Part shown: positions 1 through 8,626 of the stretch, piece after piece
Numbering within the stretch: the first letter of the stretch is position 1
How the letters are laid out: the number at the start of each line of letters is the position of its first letter
DNA from: a virus
Taxonomy: Duplodnaviria; Caudoviricetes
IMG/VR virus record: IMGVR_UViG_3300006111_000032
Location: 1 to 26,536 of that record
DNA: 26,536 bases
Direction: 5' to 3' (one strand)
The notes under the pieces: generated by a model
What the model was told of the DNA's origin: nothing
Seen by the model: the letters and a program-made list of their open reading frames with translations, nothing else
Databases searched by the model: none
Translations under genes and position numbers: made by a program

Positions 1-2
1 GG

Positions 3-1661
3 ACGACGAACAACATCTCCCTGACGGCGGGTAGCACCTACGACAGCATGACGGATAGCCCTACGGTTACGTCTGCGTCGGTGGCGAATTATGCCACGCT
101 TAACGCAACGGTTCCATCTTCATATTCTGGAACATTAAGCAACGGAAATCTCAATTTTTCACAACCTGTTGGAGCAACCAACGCTGTTTCAACTGTAGTT
201 CCAACATCAGGTAAATGGTATTTTGAGGCTGCTTGGACGGGCGGTAACTTTTGTGAAATTGGCATTATACCCGCCGCAACTGCTGGAACAAGTTCTGGCG
301 TCTCAGCAACTAATTGCGTTGTTATGGAATTGCAAACTGGCACAATTTACAAAGCCAATGTAAGTCAACAAGCTGTTTCTTCGTATGCTGCTACAACAGA
401 TATTTGTGGTGTAGCATTTGATTGTAGCGCGGGAACTGTTCAATTTTATAAAAACGGTTCTACAAATGGAACAGCCGTTTCGGTAACAGCCGGAAGTTAT
501 GCAGCGTTTGTGTCTAACGGTTCTGGCGCACAAACCAACACTGGATTTGTTAATTTTGGGCAACGTGGTTTTGCCTACACCCCGCCAACGGGCTTCAATG
601 CACTGAACACCTACAACCTGCCTACGCCTACCATTGCAAACGGGGCGCAGTATATGGCGGCTACGACCTATACGGGTAATAATTCTACGCAGTCTATTAA
701 CAATGGTAATAACAATACGATTGCTACAACATTTAAACCGGATTTGGTTTGGGTAAAAGATAGAAGCGCAACTGCTTTTCACTATCTTACCGATTCTGTC
801 CGTGGTGCAAATTTACAGCTTTATTCAAATTCTACGGCTGCCGAAACTTCAACGGCAAGTGCTATTACGGGGTTTGCTTCTAACGGATTTACACTTGGCA
901 ACAATACGGATGTGAACGGTGTAGACAATTACATTGGCTGGCAGTGGAAAGCCAACGGCGCAGGCGTCTCCAACACCAATGGCAGCATCACGTCCACCGT
1001 GTCGGCTAACACGACCGCAGGGTTCTCTGTGGTGACGTTTACAGGTACTTTTGCCGCCGCAACAGTAGGTCATGGTCTTGGCGTTGCGCCATCTATGATT
1101 ATTGTAAAAACCAGAACGCAAGCGTCTGTTGATTGGGCGGTATATCATACGTCTATGGGTGCAACTAATGGCATGTATTTAAATGCCACAAATGCTCAGT
1201 TTGCAACATCAACTTGGTGGAATAATACTTCACCGACATCATCAGTTTTTTCAGTAGCCGGAGCAGCCCAAACTAACGGTAACGCGCAAAATATGGTTGC
1301 CTACTGCTGGGCCGCAGTAGCTGGCTACAGTGCATTTGGATCGTACACGGGTAATGGATCGGCTGATGGCACGTTCGTATATACAGGGTTTAGGCCGCGT
1401 TGGATAATGGTTAAACAAACAACAGCATCAAGCACAACAAATTGGTGGATATACGACAGTTCAAGAGACATTTATAATGTTGCGGGTGATGAATTGGCCG
1501 CCAACACAAGCAATGCAGAATCAAGCGGAAACACCGATTTAGATTTGTTGTCAAATGGATTTAAATTCAGGTCGTCAACCGGTGGATTAAATGGCAGTGG
1601 CGGCACTTACATCTACGCCGCATTTGCGGAAAATCCGTTCAACTCCAGCAGGGCGCGTTAA
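3..1661 (+). CDS. Tail fibre / receptor-binding-like virion protein with SPRY (concanavalin A-like) domain, 5'-truncated by window
   Basis: The frame is open from nt 3 (TTNNISLTAGSTYDSM...), so the ATG at 48 is internal. It has SPRY-like motifs (LSNGNL, SGKWYFE, GVAFD..GTVQFYKNG, VNFGQRGFAYTPPTGF), followed by Gly/Thr/Ser/Asn-rich repeats typical of phage tail proteins (TYTGN..FKPDLVWVKDR, GHGLGVAPSMIIVK, SYTGNG..YTGFRPRWIMVK, YIYAAFAE). Confidence 0.8.
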   Translation, partial: TTNNISLTAGSTYDSMTDSPTVTSASVANYATLNATVPSSYSGTLSNGNLNFSQPVGATNAVSTVVPTSGKWYFEAAWTGGNFCEIGIIPAATAGTSSGVSATNCVVMELQTGTIYKANVSQQAVSSYAATTDICGVAFDCSAGTVQFYKNGSTNGTAVSVTAGSYAAFVSNGSGAQTNTGFVNFGQRGFAYTPPTGFNALNTYNLPTPTIANGAQYMAATTYTGNNSTQSINNGNNNTIATTFKPDLVWVKDRSATAFHYLTDSVRGANLQLYSNSTAAETSTASAITGFASNGFTLGNNTDVNGVDNYIGWQWKANGAGVSNTNGSITSTVSANTTAGFSVVTFTGTFAAATVGHGLGVAPSMIIVKTRTQASVDWAVYHTSMGATNGMYLNATNAQFATSTWWNNTSPTSSVFSVAGAAQTNGNAQNMVAYCWAAVAGYSAFGSYTGNGSADGTFVYTGFRPRWIMVKQTTASSTTNWWIYDSSRDIYNVAGDELAANTSNAESSGNTDLDLLSNGFKFRSSTGGLNGSGGTYIYAAFAENPFNSSRAR

Positions 1662-1663
1662 CC

Positions 1664-1903
1664 ATGACCGATTATCAAACCCTTATAGACATAGTTGGCG
1701 GCGCAATCCTGACGGTGGCGGGGTGGCTTCTGCGTGAACTATGGGGCGCGGTCAAAGAACTGCAACGTGATTTGAATAAACTGGAAGCCAATATGCCAAA
1801 GGAATATGTCTTGAAGGTAGATTTAGACCAGAGAATGAAGCATATTGAGGATATGTTCCAACGTATTTACGACAAACTTGACAATAAGGCGGACAAGCCA
1901 TGA
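1664..1903 (+). CDS. Small membrane-anchored coiled-coil protein (holin-like / lysis-associated candidate)
   Basis: 79 aa. An N-terminal hydrophobic segment (LIDIVGGAILTVAGWLL) is followed by an amphipathic coiled coil ending DKLDNKADK. ATGA overlap with the next gene. Confidence 0.6.
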   Translation: MTDYQTLIDIVGGAILTVAGWLLRELWGAVKELQRDLNKLEANMPKEYVLKVDLDQRMKHIEDMFQRIYDKLDNKADKP

Positions 1904-2853
1904 GCACTACAACCAACCTTGCCCTGAACGAGCCAGCGTATAACAGCACGTCGCCAACGTGGGACCAGCCGCTTAACTACAATTCCACCATCCTTGACCA
2001 GATGTTTGGCAACACAACAGGCGTTTCCGTCAACACGGGCGCGTCGACCTACACCAACATTGCCGCTCCAAGCGCCACGGGCGCGGGTTCAACGTCCCAG
2101 TGCATGAGATTTAACCTCACGGGCGCTTTGTCAGCCAACCAAACGGTTCTTTTGCCGCAGGGCATCGCGGGTATGTGGGTTGTAACCAATAACACGACAA
2201 ATTCGTTCACCGTCACGGTGGGATCCAACAACGGCAGCAACGCATCCGCCGGAACAACGGTGGCCGTCCCGCAGGGCTACAATACGCTGATTTATTGCGA
2301 TGGCACGAACGTCAAGAAAGCCGACGACGGCGGTGTTACGGGTACGCCAACCTTCTCAGGCATTACGGTTACAGGCACGGCAACCATCGGCACAGCGGCC
2401 ATCACGACTGAGACCGTCACGACATCAACCGTCACAACGCAGACCGTTTCCGGTACGTCCCAGATCGCTTCGCTCGGCGTAGGCACGGCGGCTTCTGGTA
2501 CGACAGGCGAAATTCGCGCCACCAACAATATCACGGCGTACTATTCCGACGATAGGCTTAAAACCCGTTTGGGCGAAATTGATAACGCCTTGGACAAAGT
2601 GAAATCGCTTTCCGGTTTTTATTACGAAGCAAACGAGACGGCTCAGGCGCTTGGCTATAAGGTTTACAAAGAAGTCGGTGTATCTGCCCAATCGGTTCAG
2701 GCTGTTATGCCGGAAGTGGTAGCCCCCGCTCCAATCGACGAGCAGTACCTGACTGTCCGCTACGAACGTCTTGTCCCCCTTCTCATTGAGGCCATTAAGG
2801 AACTTTCCGCTAAGGTTGAAAAACTTGAAGGGGAAAAAGAATGTCGTCTTTAA
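1900..2853 (+). CDS. Tail fibre/spike protein with C-terminal peptidase S74 intramolecular chaperone
   Basis: The N-terminus MSTTTNLALNEPA is typical of tail proteins. A Thr-rich beta-repeat stalk is followed by YYSDDRLK (Ser216...Lys), GVSAQSVQAVMPEVV and VRYERLVPLLIEAIKELS, the S74 chaperone signature. Confidence 0.85.
   Translation: MSTTTNLALNEPAYNSTSPTWDQPLNYNSTILDQMFGNTTGVSVNTGASTYTNIAAPSATGAGSTSQCMRFNLTGALSANQTVLLPQGIAGMWVVTNNTTNSFTVTVGSNNGSNASAGTTVAVPQGYNTLIYCDGTNVKKADDGGVTGTPTFSGITVTGTATIGTAAITTETVTTSTVTTQTVSGTSQIASLGVGTAASGTTGEIRATNNITAYYSDDRLKTRLGEIDNALDKVKSLSGFYYEANETAQALGYKVYKEVGVSAQSVQAVMPEVVAPAPIDEQYLTVRYERLVPLLIEAIKELSAKVEKLEGEKECRL
2413..2451 (+). repeat. 15-bp period imperfect tandem repeat encoding Thr-rich pentapeptides (TVTTS/TVTTQ/TVS)
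   Basis: accgtcacgacatca accgtcacaacgcag accgtttcc, with units starting at 2413, 2428 and 2443. Confidence 0.6.
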
Positions 2854-3440
2854 CGCCGTCAACTGGCGCGATTTCTGTCGGCAATATCGTCACGTCGTTC
2901 CCATCAGTTGCGGCGTACAACCTTAATGCCTATCGCGGCAGGACATATTACACGGGCAACAACTATCAGACGGCGACCTTTTCGTCTGGCGCGATTACTA
3001 TGGCTGACTTTTACAGCACGGCAGACACGTTCACTGGGTTTACGTCGGTAACCAATTATTCCATTGGTACGGTCGGATATCCTCCAAACGACCAAAACGG
3101 ATACGCCGGATATTTGAACGGTAGGGTTTCGTTTTCTCAAACGACAGGAATTTATTGCACGGTCGATGCGTGGTCTGCTGATTCCCAAACGGGCGCTGGC
3201 GGAACATATCAACTTGCCACGGCGGCTCAAATCTTGAGCGGTAAAACGCCTCAACAGGGTTATTATTACAACGGCGCTGCACAATTTTCGGCTGGACGCG
3301 ATACGTCTTGCATCGGCTTTTATCTATCTTGGAACAATACGAATTTTATTATTCAGGTTTATTGGGCCAAAAAAGGCAATCCGTTTGACGGCAGTTATGG
3401 CGGCATTGTTGGGCAATTTAACATTTACCCGTACTTTTGA
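2841..3440 (+). CDS. Putative tail-tip / receptor-binding accessory protein
   Basis: 199 aa, rich in Gly/Tyr/Thr. N-terminal motifs TGAISVGNI and SSGAITMADFY are of the kind seen in proteins downstream of S74 tail fibres. SD-like GAAGGGG upstream; 13-nt overlap with the previous gene. Confidence 0.6.
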   Translation: MSSLTPSTGAISVGNIVTSFPSVAAYNLNAYRGRTYYTGNNYQTATFSSGAITMADFYSTADTFTGFTSVTNYSIGTVGYPPNDQNGYAGYLNGRVSFSQTTGIYCTVDAWSADSQTGAGGTYQLATAAQILSGKTPQQGYYYNGAAQFSAGRDTSCIGFYLSWNNTNFIIQVYWAKKGNPFDGSYGGIVGQFNIYPYF

Positions 3441-3447
3441 GTGATAC

Positions 3448-3759
3448 ATGACCGATTTTACATGGACCTTTCCTCAGTTTATTGTCAGCCCAACGTCGGA
3501 TGGCTTGCCTAATGTCGTGACTGCGATCAATTGGGTTTGCACGGGCACAAATGGGTCAATCTCATCATCGGCCTCTGGTACGGTACAATTGGGTGCGCCA
3601 AACCCCGCTGAATACATTCCCTATGCCGATATAACGTATGCGATGGCGTTTGCGTGGGTCGATCAAAGTATAAATATGAGGGCGGTTGAGAGTGGCATAA
3701 CAAGCCAATTGTCGCAATTAACCCAGCCAGTTGTTCAGACCCAAGCGCCGCCGTTTTGA
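3448..3759 (+). CDS. Conserved phage tail-associated protein (possible tail fibre assembly factor)
   Basis: 103 aa with FTWTF...DGLPNVVTAINW...YIPYADITYAMAFAWV...APPF, a pattern common next to phage tail fibre genes. Tightly packed in the operon. Confidence 0.6.
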   Translation: MTDFTWTFPQFIVSPTSDGLPNVVTAINWVCTGTNGSISSSASGTVQLGAPNPAEYIPYADITYAMAFAWVDQSINMRAVESGITSQLSQLTQPVVQTQAPPF

Positions 3760-3766
3760 GGTTATC

Positions 3767-4234
3767 ATGGATCCATTTACGCTCATAGCTGCTGCGACAA
3801 CAATATATAATTCAATCAAGTCCGCCGTCGATGCAGGGCAGGATATGATGGCGACCGCCGAGAAGGTGAGCAATCTTTTTGGGAAAGTGGGCCAGATCGT
3901 TACGATTGCATCAACACCTCGCAAGAAAAAGCTGTTTCAATCGCAAGCCGAGTTTGAGGCCGAAGCGGTCAAGATATACGCCGTTAAAGCCAAAGCCCTC
4001 GATATGCAACTTCAGGTGAAAAACTTGTTCGTTGGCCAATACGGCCCCGCGGCATGGGAAGGAATTCAACGGCAAGTGATTGAAATGCGTAAGGAGGCGG
4101 CTCGTCAGGCTGCGGCTGCATTAAAGGAACAGGAAGAGGCGCGTAAGGATTTGATTATGGTGAGCAGCATTGTTGGGTTCTTGGTTCTTGGCATTGCTTT
4201 GATTGGTATCGTTTTAACTTTAACGGTGAAATAA
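3767..4234 (+). CDS. Phage protein with helical body and C-terminal transmembrane anchor
   Basis: The start is ATG 3767 (MDPFTLIAAA), downstream of GAGG, rather than the ORF-track start at 3731. C-terminal TM segment LIMVSSIVGFLVLGIALIGIVLTL. Directly upstream of the holin and endolysin. Confidence 0.65.
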   Translation: MDPFTLIAAATTIYNSIKSAVDAGQDMMATAEKVSNLFGKVGQIVTIASTPRKKKLFQSQAEFEAEAVKIYAVKAKALDMQLQVKNLFVGQYGPAAWEGIQRQVIEMRKEAARQAAAALKEQEEARKDLIMVSSIVGFLVLGIALIGIVLTLTVK

Positions 4235-4235
4235 C

Positions 4236-4766
4236 ATGGACATTCTTAAAACCTTTGGCCCGTTGATCGGGTCGGTGGCTCCCACGATTGCAACAGCTCT
4301 CGGTGGCCCTATCGCGGGTATGGCGGTTAAGGCCGTATCAAATGCCCTCTTCGGCCATGAGAATGGCACCGAGGACGACATTATGTCGGCTCTTGCCAAT
4401 CCTACTGGCGATCAGTTGGCTGCGCTTAAAAAGATTGACGCCGACTTCAAAGTTCAAATGAAATCTTTGGACATTGATTTGGAACGTATCTCTGAACAGG
4501 ATCGCGATTCAGCTCGTAATATGCAGATCGCAACCCGCGACTGGATCCCCCGCGTATTGGCTGTGGGCGTCACGCTGGGCTTCTTCGGCATCATTGCGTA
4601 CATCCTGCACTTTGGCCTTCCAGCCACGGGCGGTGAAGCATTGCTTATGCTGATCGGTACGCTCGGGACTGCATGGACAAGCGTCATGGGTTTTTATTTT
4701 GGCTCTTCTGCTGGGTCCAAACAAAAGACCGATGCACTCACGGCTTCTTTGGGGAATAAACAATGA
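4236..4766 (+). CDS. Putative holin (3TM-holin-like)
   Basis: N-terminal APTIATALGGP, central DRDSARNMQ, two C-terminal TM segments and FYFGSSAGS. ATGA-coupled to the endolysin. Confidence 0.7.
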   Translation: MDILKTFGPLIGSVAPTIATALGGPIAGMAVKAVSNALFGHENGTEDDIMSALANPTGDQLAALKKIDADFKVQMKSLDIDLERISEQDRDSARNMQIATRDWIPRVLAVGVTLGFFGIIAYILHFGLPATGGEALLMLIGTLGTAWTSVMGFYFGSSAGSKQKTDALTASLGNKQ

Positions 4767-5275
4767 AAGAAAATTTCGAAAAATGTTTTGCTCTTATTCT
4801 AAAAGAAGAGGGCGGCTATGTTAACGATCCACAAGATCCGGGTGGAATGACAAACTTTGGCGTAACAAAACGCGCATGGGAGGCTTACGTCGGACATGAA
4901 GTCGATGAAGCGACAATGCGTGGCTTAACGCCCGAGCTTGTCATGCCGTTTTATAAATCTTTGTATTGGGACAAAAACAAAGGGGATTTGCTTCCTTCTG
5001 GCGTCGATTATGCATTGTTCGATTTCGAAGTAAACTCCGGCGATGGCCGAGCCGCGAAAATTCTTCAGGCTTGCGTTGGTGCGGTTCAAGATGGGATCAT
5101 CGGCGATGGAACATTATCATTGGTCAACTCGTACGATCCCATTGACTTATCCGCGCAAATCTGCGATAATAGACTTGCCTTTTTGCAATCTTTGCCGGGT
5201 TGGTCTCATGATGGCCATGGCTGGAGCAACCGGGTTGCATTTGTAAAAGAAACTGCTGCAAAAATGGTTGGATAG
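4763..5275 (+). CDS. Endolysin, glycoside hydrolase family 108 with C-terminal peptidoglycan-binding domain
   Basis: The EGGYVNDPQDPGGMTNFGVT catalytic motif is present, with FYKSLYWD, LPSGVDYALFDFEVNSG, DGIIG and a terminal GWSNRV. Confidence 0.92.
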   Translation: MKENFEKCFALILKEEGGYVNDPQDPGGMTNFGVTKRAWEAYVGHEVDEATMRGLTPELVMPFYKSLYWDKNKGDLLPSGVDYALFDFEVNSGDGRAAKILQACVGAVQDGIIGDGTLSLVNSYDPIDLSAQICDNRLAFLQSLPGWSHDGHGWSNRVAFVKETAAKMVG

Positions 5276-5277
5276 TA

Positions 5278-5985
5278 ATGGATTACAATACCTACGTCCA
5301 GCAGATAGCAACCATGGCAGTTGTCCCAACAACGGACACAAACTTTCAAATCATTTTGCCTCAAATGATTTCTTATGCCGAACTGCGGATGCAGCGTGAT
5401 CTTGATTTCCTTTCAACCCAAATCAGCAATTCATCTTATTCTTTTACGTCCGGCAATGGGACTTTAACAATTCCGACTTCTCAATTCGTCGTTATGGAAA
5501 CATTTGAAGTAATTGACAATTTAGGAAACTCTTCTGCTCTTCTGCCAGTCGGAAAAGAATTTATTCAAAATGTATATGGCACAGGTTCAACGCAAGGGCT
5601 TCCGCAATACTTTGCTGTTTATGGCGGCGACTCTGCGACAACTGGTTTAACTAGTCAAAATATGATTGTTGGTCCAATACCGGATTCGACTTATTCCGTT
5701 CGTTTGACAGGAACAGTTCGCTCTGCGCCATTGTCTGCTACGAATACGCAAACTTATATATCAGTTTATTTGCCAGACATGATGATCATGGCTTCCATGA
5801 TTTATATCTCGGCCTATCAACGTAACTTTGGTCGGTTGAACGACGACCCAGCCATGGCTCAAACTTATGAAAGCCAATACCAAGGATTGCTCAAAAGCGC
5901 CATGGTCGAAGAGAACCGCAAAAAATTTGAATCCGCTGCATGGACGCCTTATTCTCCTGCACCTTTTGCCTCGCCAACGAGGTAA
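5278..5985 (+). CDS. Head-tail adaptor / tail tubular protein A-like
   Basis: 235 aa: MDYNTY...ISYAELRMQRDL, GLPQYFA, IVGPIPDSTYSV, T.TYIS...PD, YESQYQ. Precedes a nozzle-sized gene. Confidence 0.7.
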   Translation: MDYNTYVQQIATMAVVPTTDTNFQIILPQMISYAELRMQRDLDFLSTQISNSSYSFTSGNGTLTIPTSQFVVMETFEVIDNLGNSSALLPVGKEFIQNVYGTGSTQGLPQYFAVYGGDSATTGLTSQNMIVGPIPDSTYSVRLTGTVRSAPLSATNTQTYISVYLPDMMIMASMIYISAYQRNFGRLNDDPAMAQTYESQYQGLLKSAMVEENRKKFESAAWTPYSPAPFASPTR

Positions 5986-5988
5986 CAA

Positions 5989-8196
5989 ATGCCTCATAAT
6001 ACAATCAAGCTAAAGCCCGGCATTGAAACCAACACCACTCCGGCGTTGAACGAGGCGGCATATTCTGCTTCTCAGCTTGTTCGTTTTCTCCCAGAACGTA
6101 ATGGTTATGGTTTGGCTCAAAAGCTCGGCGGTTGGGTGGCTTATTATGCGTCTTCAATCGGCTCCAAAATACGCGCCCTTAAAGGTTGGGCAGATCTTAA
6201 TGCTGTAAACCATCTTGGCATCGGAGCAGAATCTTCTCTCAATGTTTTGACGGGCAACAATCTAACCAATATTACCCCCCAAACATCGATCACAAACACG
6301 GCTCCAGTTTTTTCAACAACGGCTGGTTCTAGCACTGTAACTGTTACCGATTCAAATATCACGGCATCTGTATTGGACTACGTCAACTATGTTACCCCCG
6401 TTTCGGTTGGCAGCTTGGTTCTTACTGGCCCATATTTAATTAAATCAGCCGCAGGTACTCAATACTCAATCACCGCCGCATCAAATGCCACGACAACGGC
6501 TAATACCTCTACAAACACGGTCGCTGGCTCATTTGTTGTTGGCAATACCTATCAAATCGTTTCGGTGGGCAGCACTGATTTTACACTTATAGGTGCAGCA
6601 GCCAATACGGTTGGCGTCATCTTCAATGCTACTGGTGTTGGATCTGGCTCCGGCACAGCGCGTCTTGTTGCTGAATATGCCTTTGCCACTACCAACGGCT
6701 CTTCTATTGTAACAACTTATTTTGACAACCACGGCCTTACCGTTGGAGGTTCATTTTATGTGGGCGTCTCTACAACGGTCGGCGGTATTCCTCTTTTTGG
6801 TCTTTACACTGTTCTTAGCATTACAAGCACAAGCATATTTACGTTTTCTGCGGCAAACAGCGCGACTTCAACCGTTGGACCAACAACGTCTACCGTTATT
6901 AATAGCGGATTAATTCGTTCTAATTTTTATGTAGCAATTGGCCCCCAGCCTGTTGGAACGGGGTTTGGCGTTGGTGGTTATGGTACAGGCGGCTTTGGTA
7001 TTGGAACAACACAACCTAGCGTCCCCGGCACACCGATTACGGCTACCGATTGGACGTTAGATAATTTTGGCCAAGATTTGATTGCCTGTCCGGCAGGTGG
7101 CGCAATTTATTATTGGGATCCAAGCGGTCAATTACAAAATGCTCAAATTGTTGGAGGTAACGGTCCTCTTATAAACAGTGGCATCTTCGTCGCCATGCCT
7201 CAACGCCAAGTAATTGCTTACGGATCGTCGTTTACGCTTTCGCCCGATCCGCTTTTGGTTCGCTGGTCAGATATTGGCGATTTTACGTCATGGAATGGCA
7301 CCGTCACCAATCAGGCGGGTTCTTATCGCATTCCGACAGGATCCAAGATTGTCGCTGGCATCCAAGGTCCACAGCAGGGTCTTTTATGGACTGACCTTGA
7401 TTTATGGGCCATGCAGTATGTTGGGTCTCCGTTTGTCTACGGGTTCAACAAAATTGGCTCAAATTGCGGCGCTGTATCGCGTCACTGCTCAGGACAATTA
7501 AACGGCGCTGTCTATTGGATGAGCCAAAAGCAATTTTTTATGATGGTTGGTTCGGGCGTTCAATCTATCCCATGTCCTGTTTGGGACGTTATTTTCCAAA
7601 ATATCAACACGTCATATCTTTATAAGGTTGCTTGCGGTGTAAACAGCCAATTCAATGAGATTACATGGTACTATCCATCCGCATCATCCACCGAGAATGA
7701 TAGCTATGTTAAATACAATACGGTTCTCCAACAATGGGACTTTGGGACTTTGGGTCGTACTGCTTGGATTGATCAATCTGTGCTTGGGCCTCCCATTGGT
7801 GCTGGGTCTGATAATTACCTTTATCAACATGAAGTAGGCAACGACGCGGCTAACGGCACCCAAACAACCGCCATGCTGTCGTCTTTCCAAACGGGTTATT
7901 TTGAGCTTAATGAAGCCGATAACTTGATCTTTATCGATCAAATATGGCCCGACATGAAATGGGGTACGTATTCCGGCAACCCTAATGCTACGGTGCAGAT
8001 TACGTTCTATGTTACCAATTACCCCGGCGATACGCCTGTTCAGTATGGCCCATACACCATGACGCAAGCTACAGAATATATATCCGTTCGGATCAGGGCG
8101 CGTTTGATGGCTTTCAATATATCGTCCAACGACGTTGGTACGTTCTGGCGGCTAGGTGCTATTCGGTATCGCTATCAGATTGACGGGAGGTTCTAA
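5989..8196 (+). CDS. Tail nozzle / tail tubular protein B-like (stabilisation protein) with inserted beta-rich modules
   Basis: 735 aa, beta-rich: KLKPGI, VRF, QKLGGW, WTLDNFGQDLIA, DPLLVRWSD, NQAGSYRI, VYWMS, FNEITWYYPS, RTAWID, terminal WRLGAIRY...DGRF. Follows the adaptor gene. Confidence 0.75.
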   Translation: MPHNTIKLKPGIETNTTPALNEAAYSASQLVRFLPERNGYGLAQKLGGWVAYYASSIGSKIRALKGWADLNAVNHLGIGAESSLNVLTGNNLTNITPQTSITNTAPVFSTTAGSSTVTVTDSNITASVLDYVNYVTPVSVGSLVLTGPYLIKSAAGTQYSITAASNATTTANTSTNTVAGSFVVGNTYQIVSVGSTDFTLIGAAANTVGVIFNATGVGSGSGTARLVAEYAFATTNGSSIVTTYFDNHGLTVGGSFYVGVSTTVGGIPLFGLYTVLSITSTSIFTFSAANSATSTVGPTTSTVINSGLIRSNFYVAIGPQPVGTGFGVGGYGTGGFGIGTTQPSVPGTPITATDWTLDNFGQDLIACPAGGAIYYWDPSGQLQNAQIVGGNGPLINSGIFVAMPQRQVIAYGSSFTLSPDPLLVRWSDIGDFTSWNGTVTNQAGSYRIPTGSKIVAGIQGPQQGLLWTDLDLWAMQYVGSPFVYGFNKIGSNCGAVSRHCSGQLNGAVYWMSQKQFFMMVGSGVQSIPCPVWDVIFQNINTSYLYKVACGVNSQFNEITWYYPSASSTENDSYVKYNTVLQQWDFGTLGRTAWIDQSVLGPPIGAGSDNYLYQHEVGNDAANGTQTTAMLSSFQTGYFELNEADNLIFIDQIWPDMKWGTYSGNPNATVQITFYVTNYPGDTPVQYGPYTMTQATEYISVRIRARLMAFNISSNDVGTFWRLGAIRYRYQIDGRF

Positions 8197-8618
8197 TGGG
8201 TGCATCGCTCGACGATATCCTAACTACCCAGAAAAACGGCGTAATCGCCATCAATAATCTTTCCGGTTATTTGCAGACACTTGCCACAGAAGTAACAATC
8301 CTTGCTGGCTTTGCGGCAGGTAACAATCCAACCAACTCATGCCCAACGGTTGTAGCCACAACAACGTCTATTGTGGTCGGCAAGGGTATTATGTTTAGCA
8401 TTTCCATTCCCGCGTCGTCCGGCTCTAACCAAGTGCTTATTTATGATTCGGCTACGGTTGGGGGCATTGGGTCATCTAATTTGATTTACGAATCACTACC
8501 CGCCAACGCCTCTAACTTCGTACCATACCGTGATACACGTATCCATTATTCCAATGGGTTGGTTGTGGTTTGCCAAACTGGTATGTCCGCTGTCGTTTCT
8601 TACACACCAAATATTTGA
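8196..8618 (+). CDS. Putative virion structural protein
   Basis: 140 aa, TAATG-coupled to the nozzle gene. N-terminal helix followed by a small beta domain (VLIYDSAT...NGLVV). Confidence 0.6.
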   Translation: MGASLDDILTTQKNGVIAINNLSGYLQTLATEVTILAGFAAGNNPTNSCPTVVATTTSIVVGKGIMFSISIPASSGSNQVLIYDSATVGGIGSSNLIYESLPANASNFVPYRDTRIHYSNGLVVVCQTGMSAVVSYTPNI

Positions 8619-8626
8619 GGATAATT

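Noticed and set aside
1-3440. Diversity-generating retroelement target in the tail genes
   Set aside because: No reverse transcriptase and no template/variable repeat pair differing at adenines was seen in the window.
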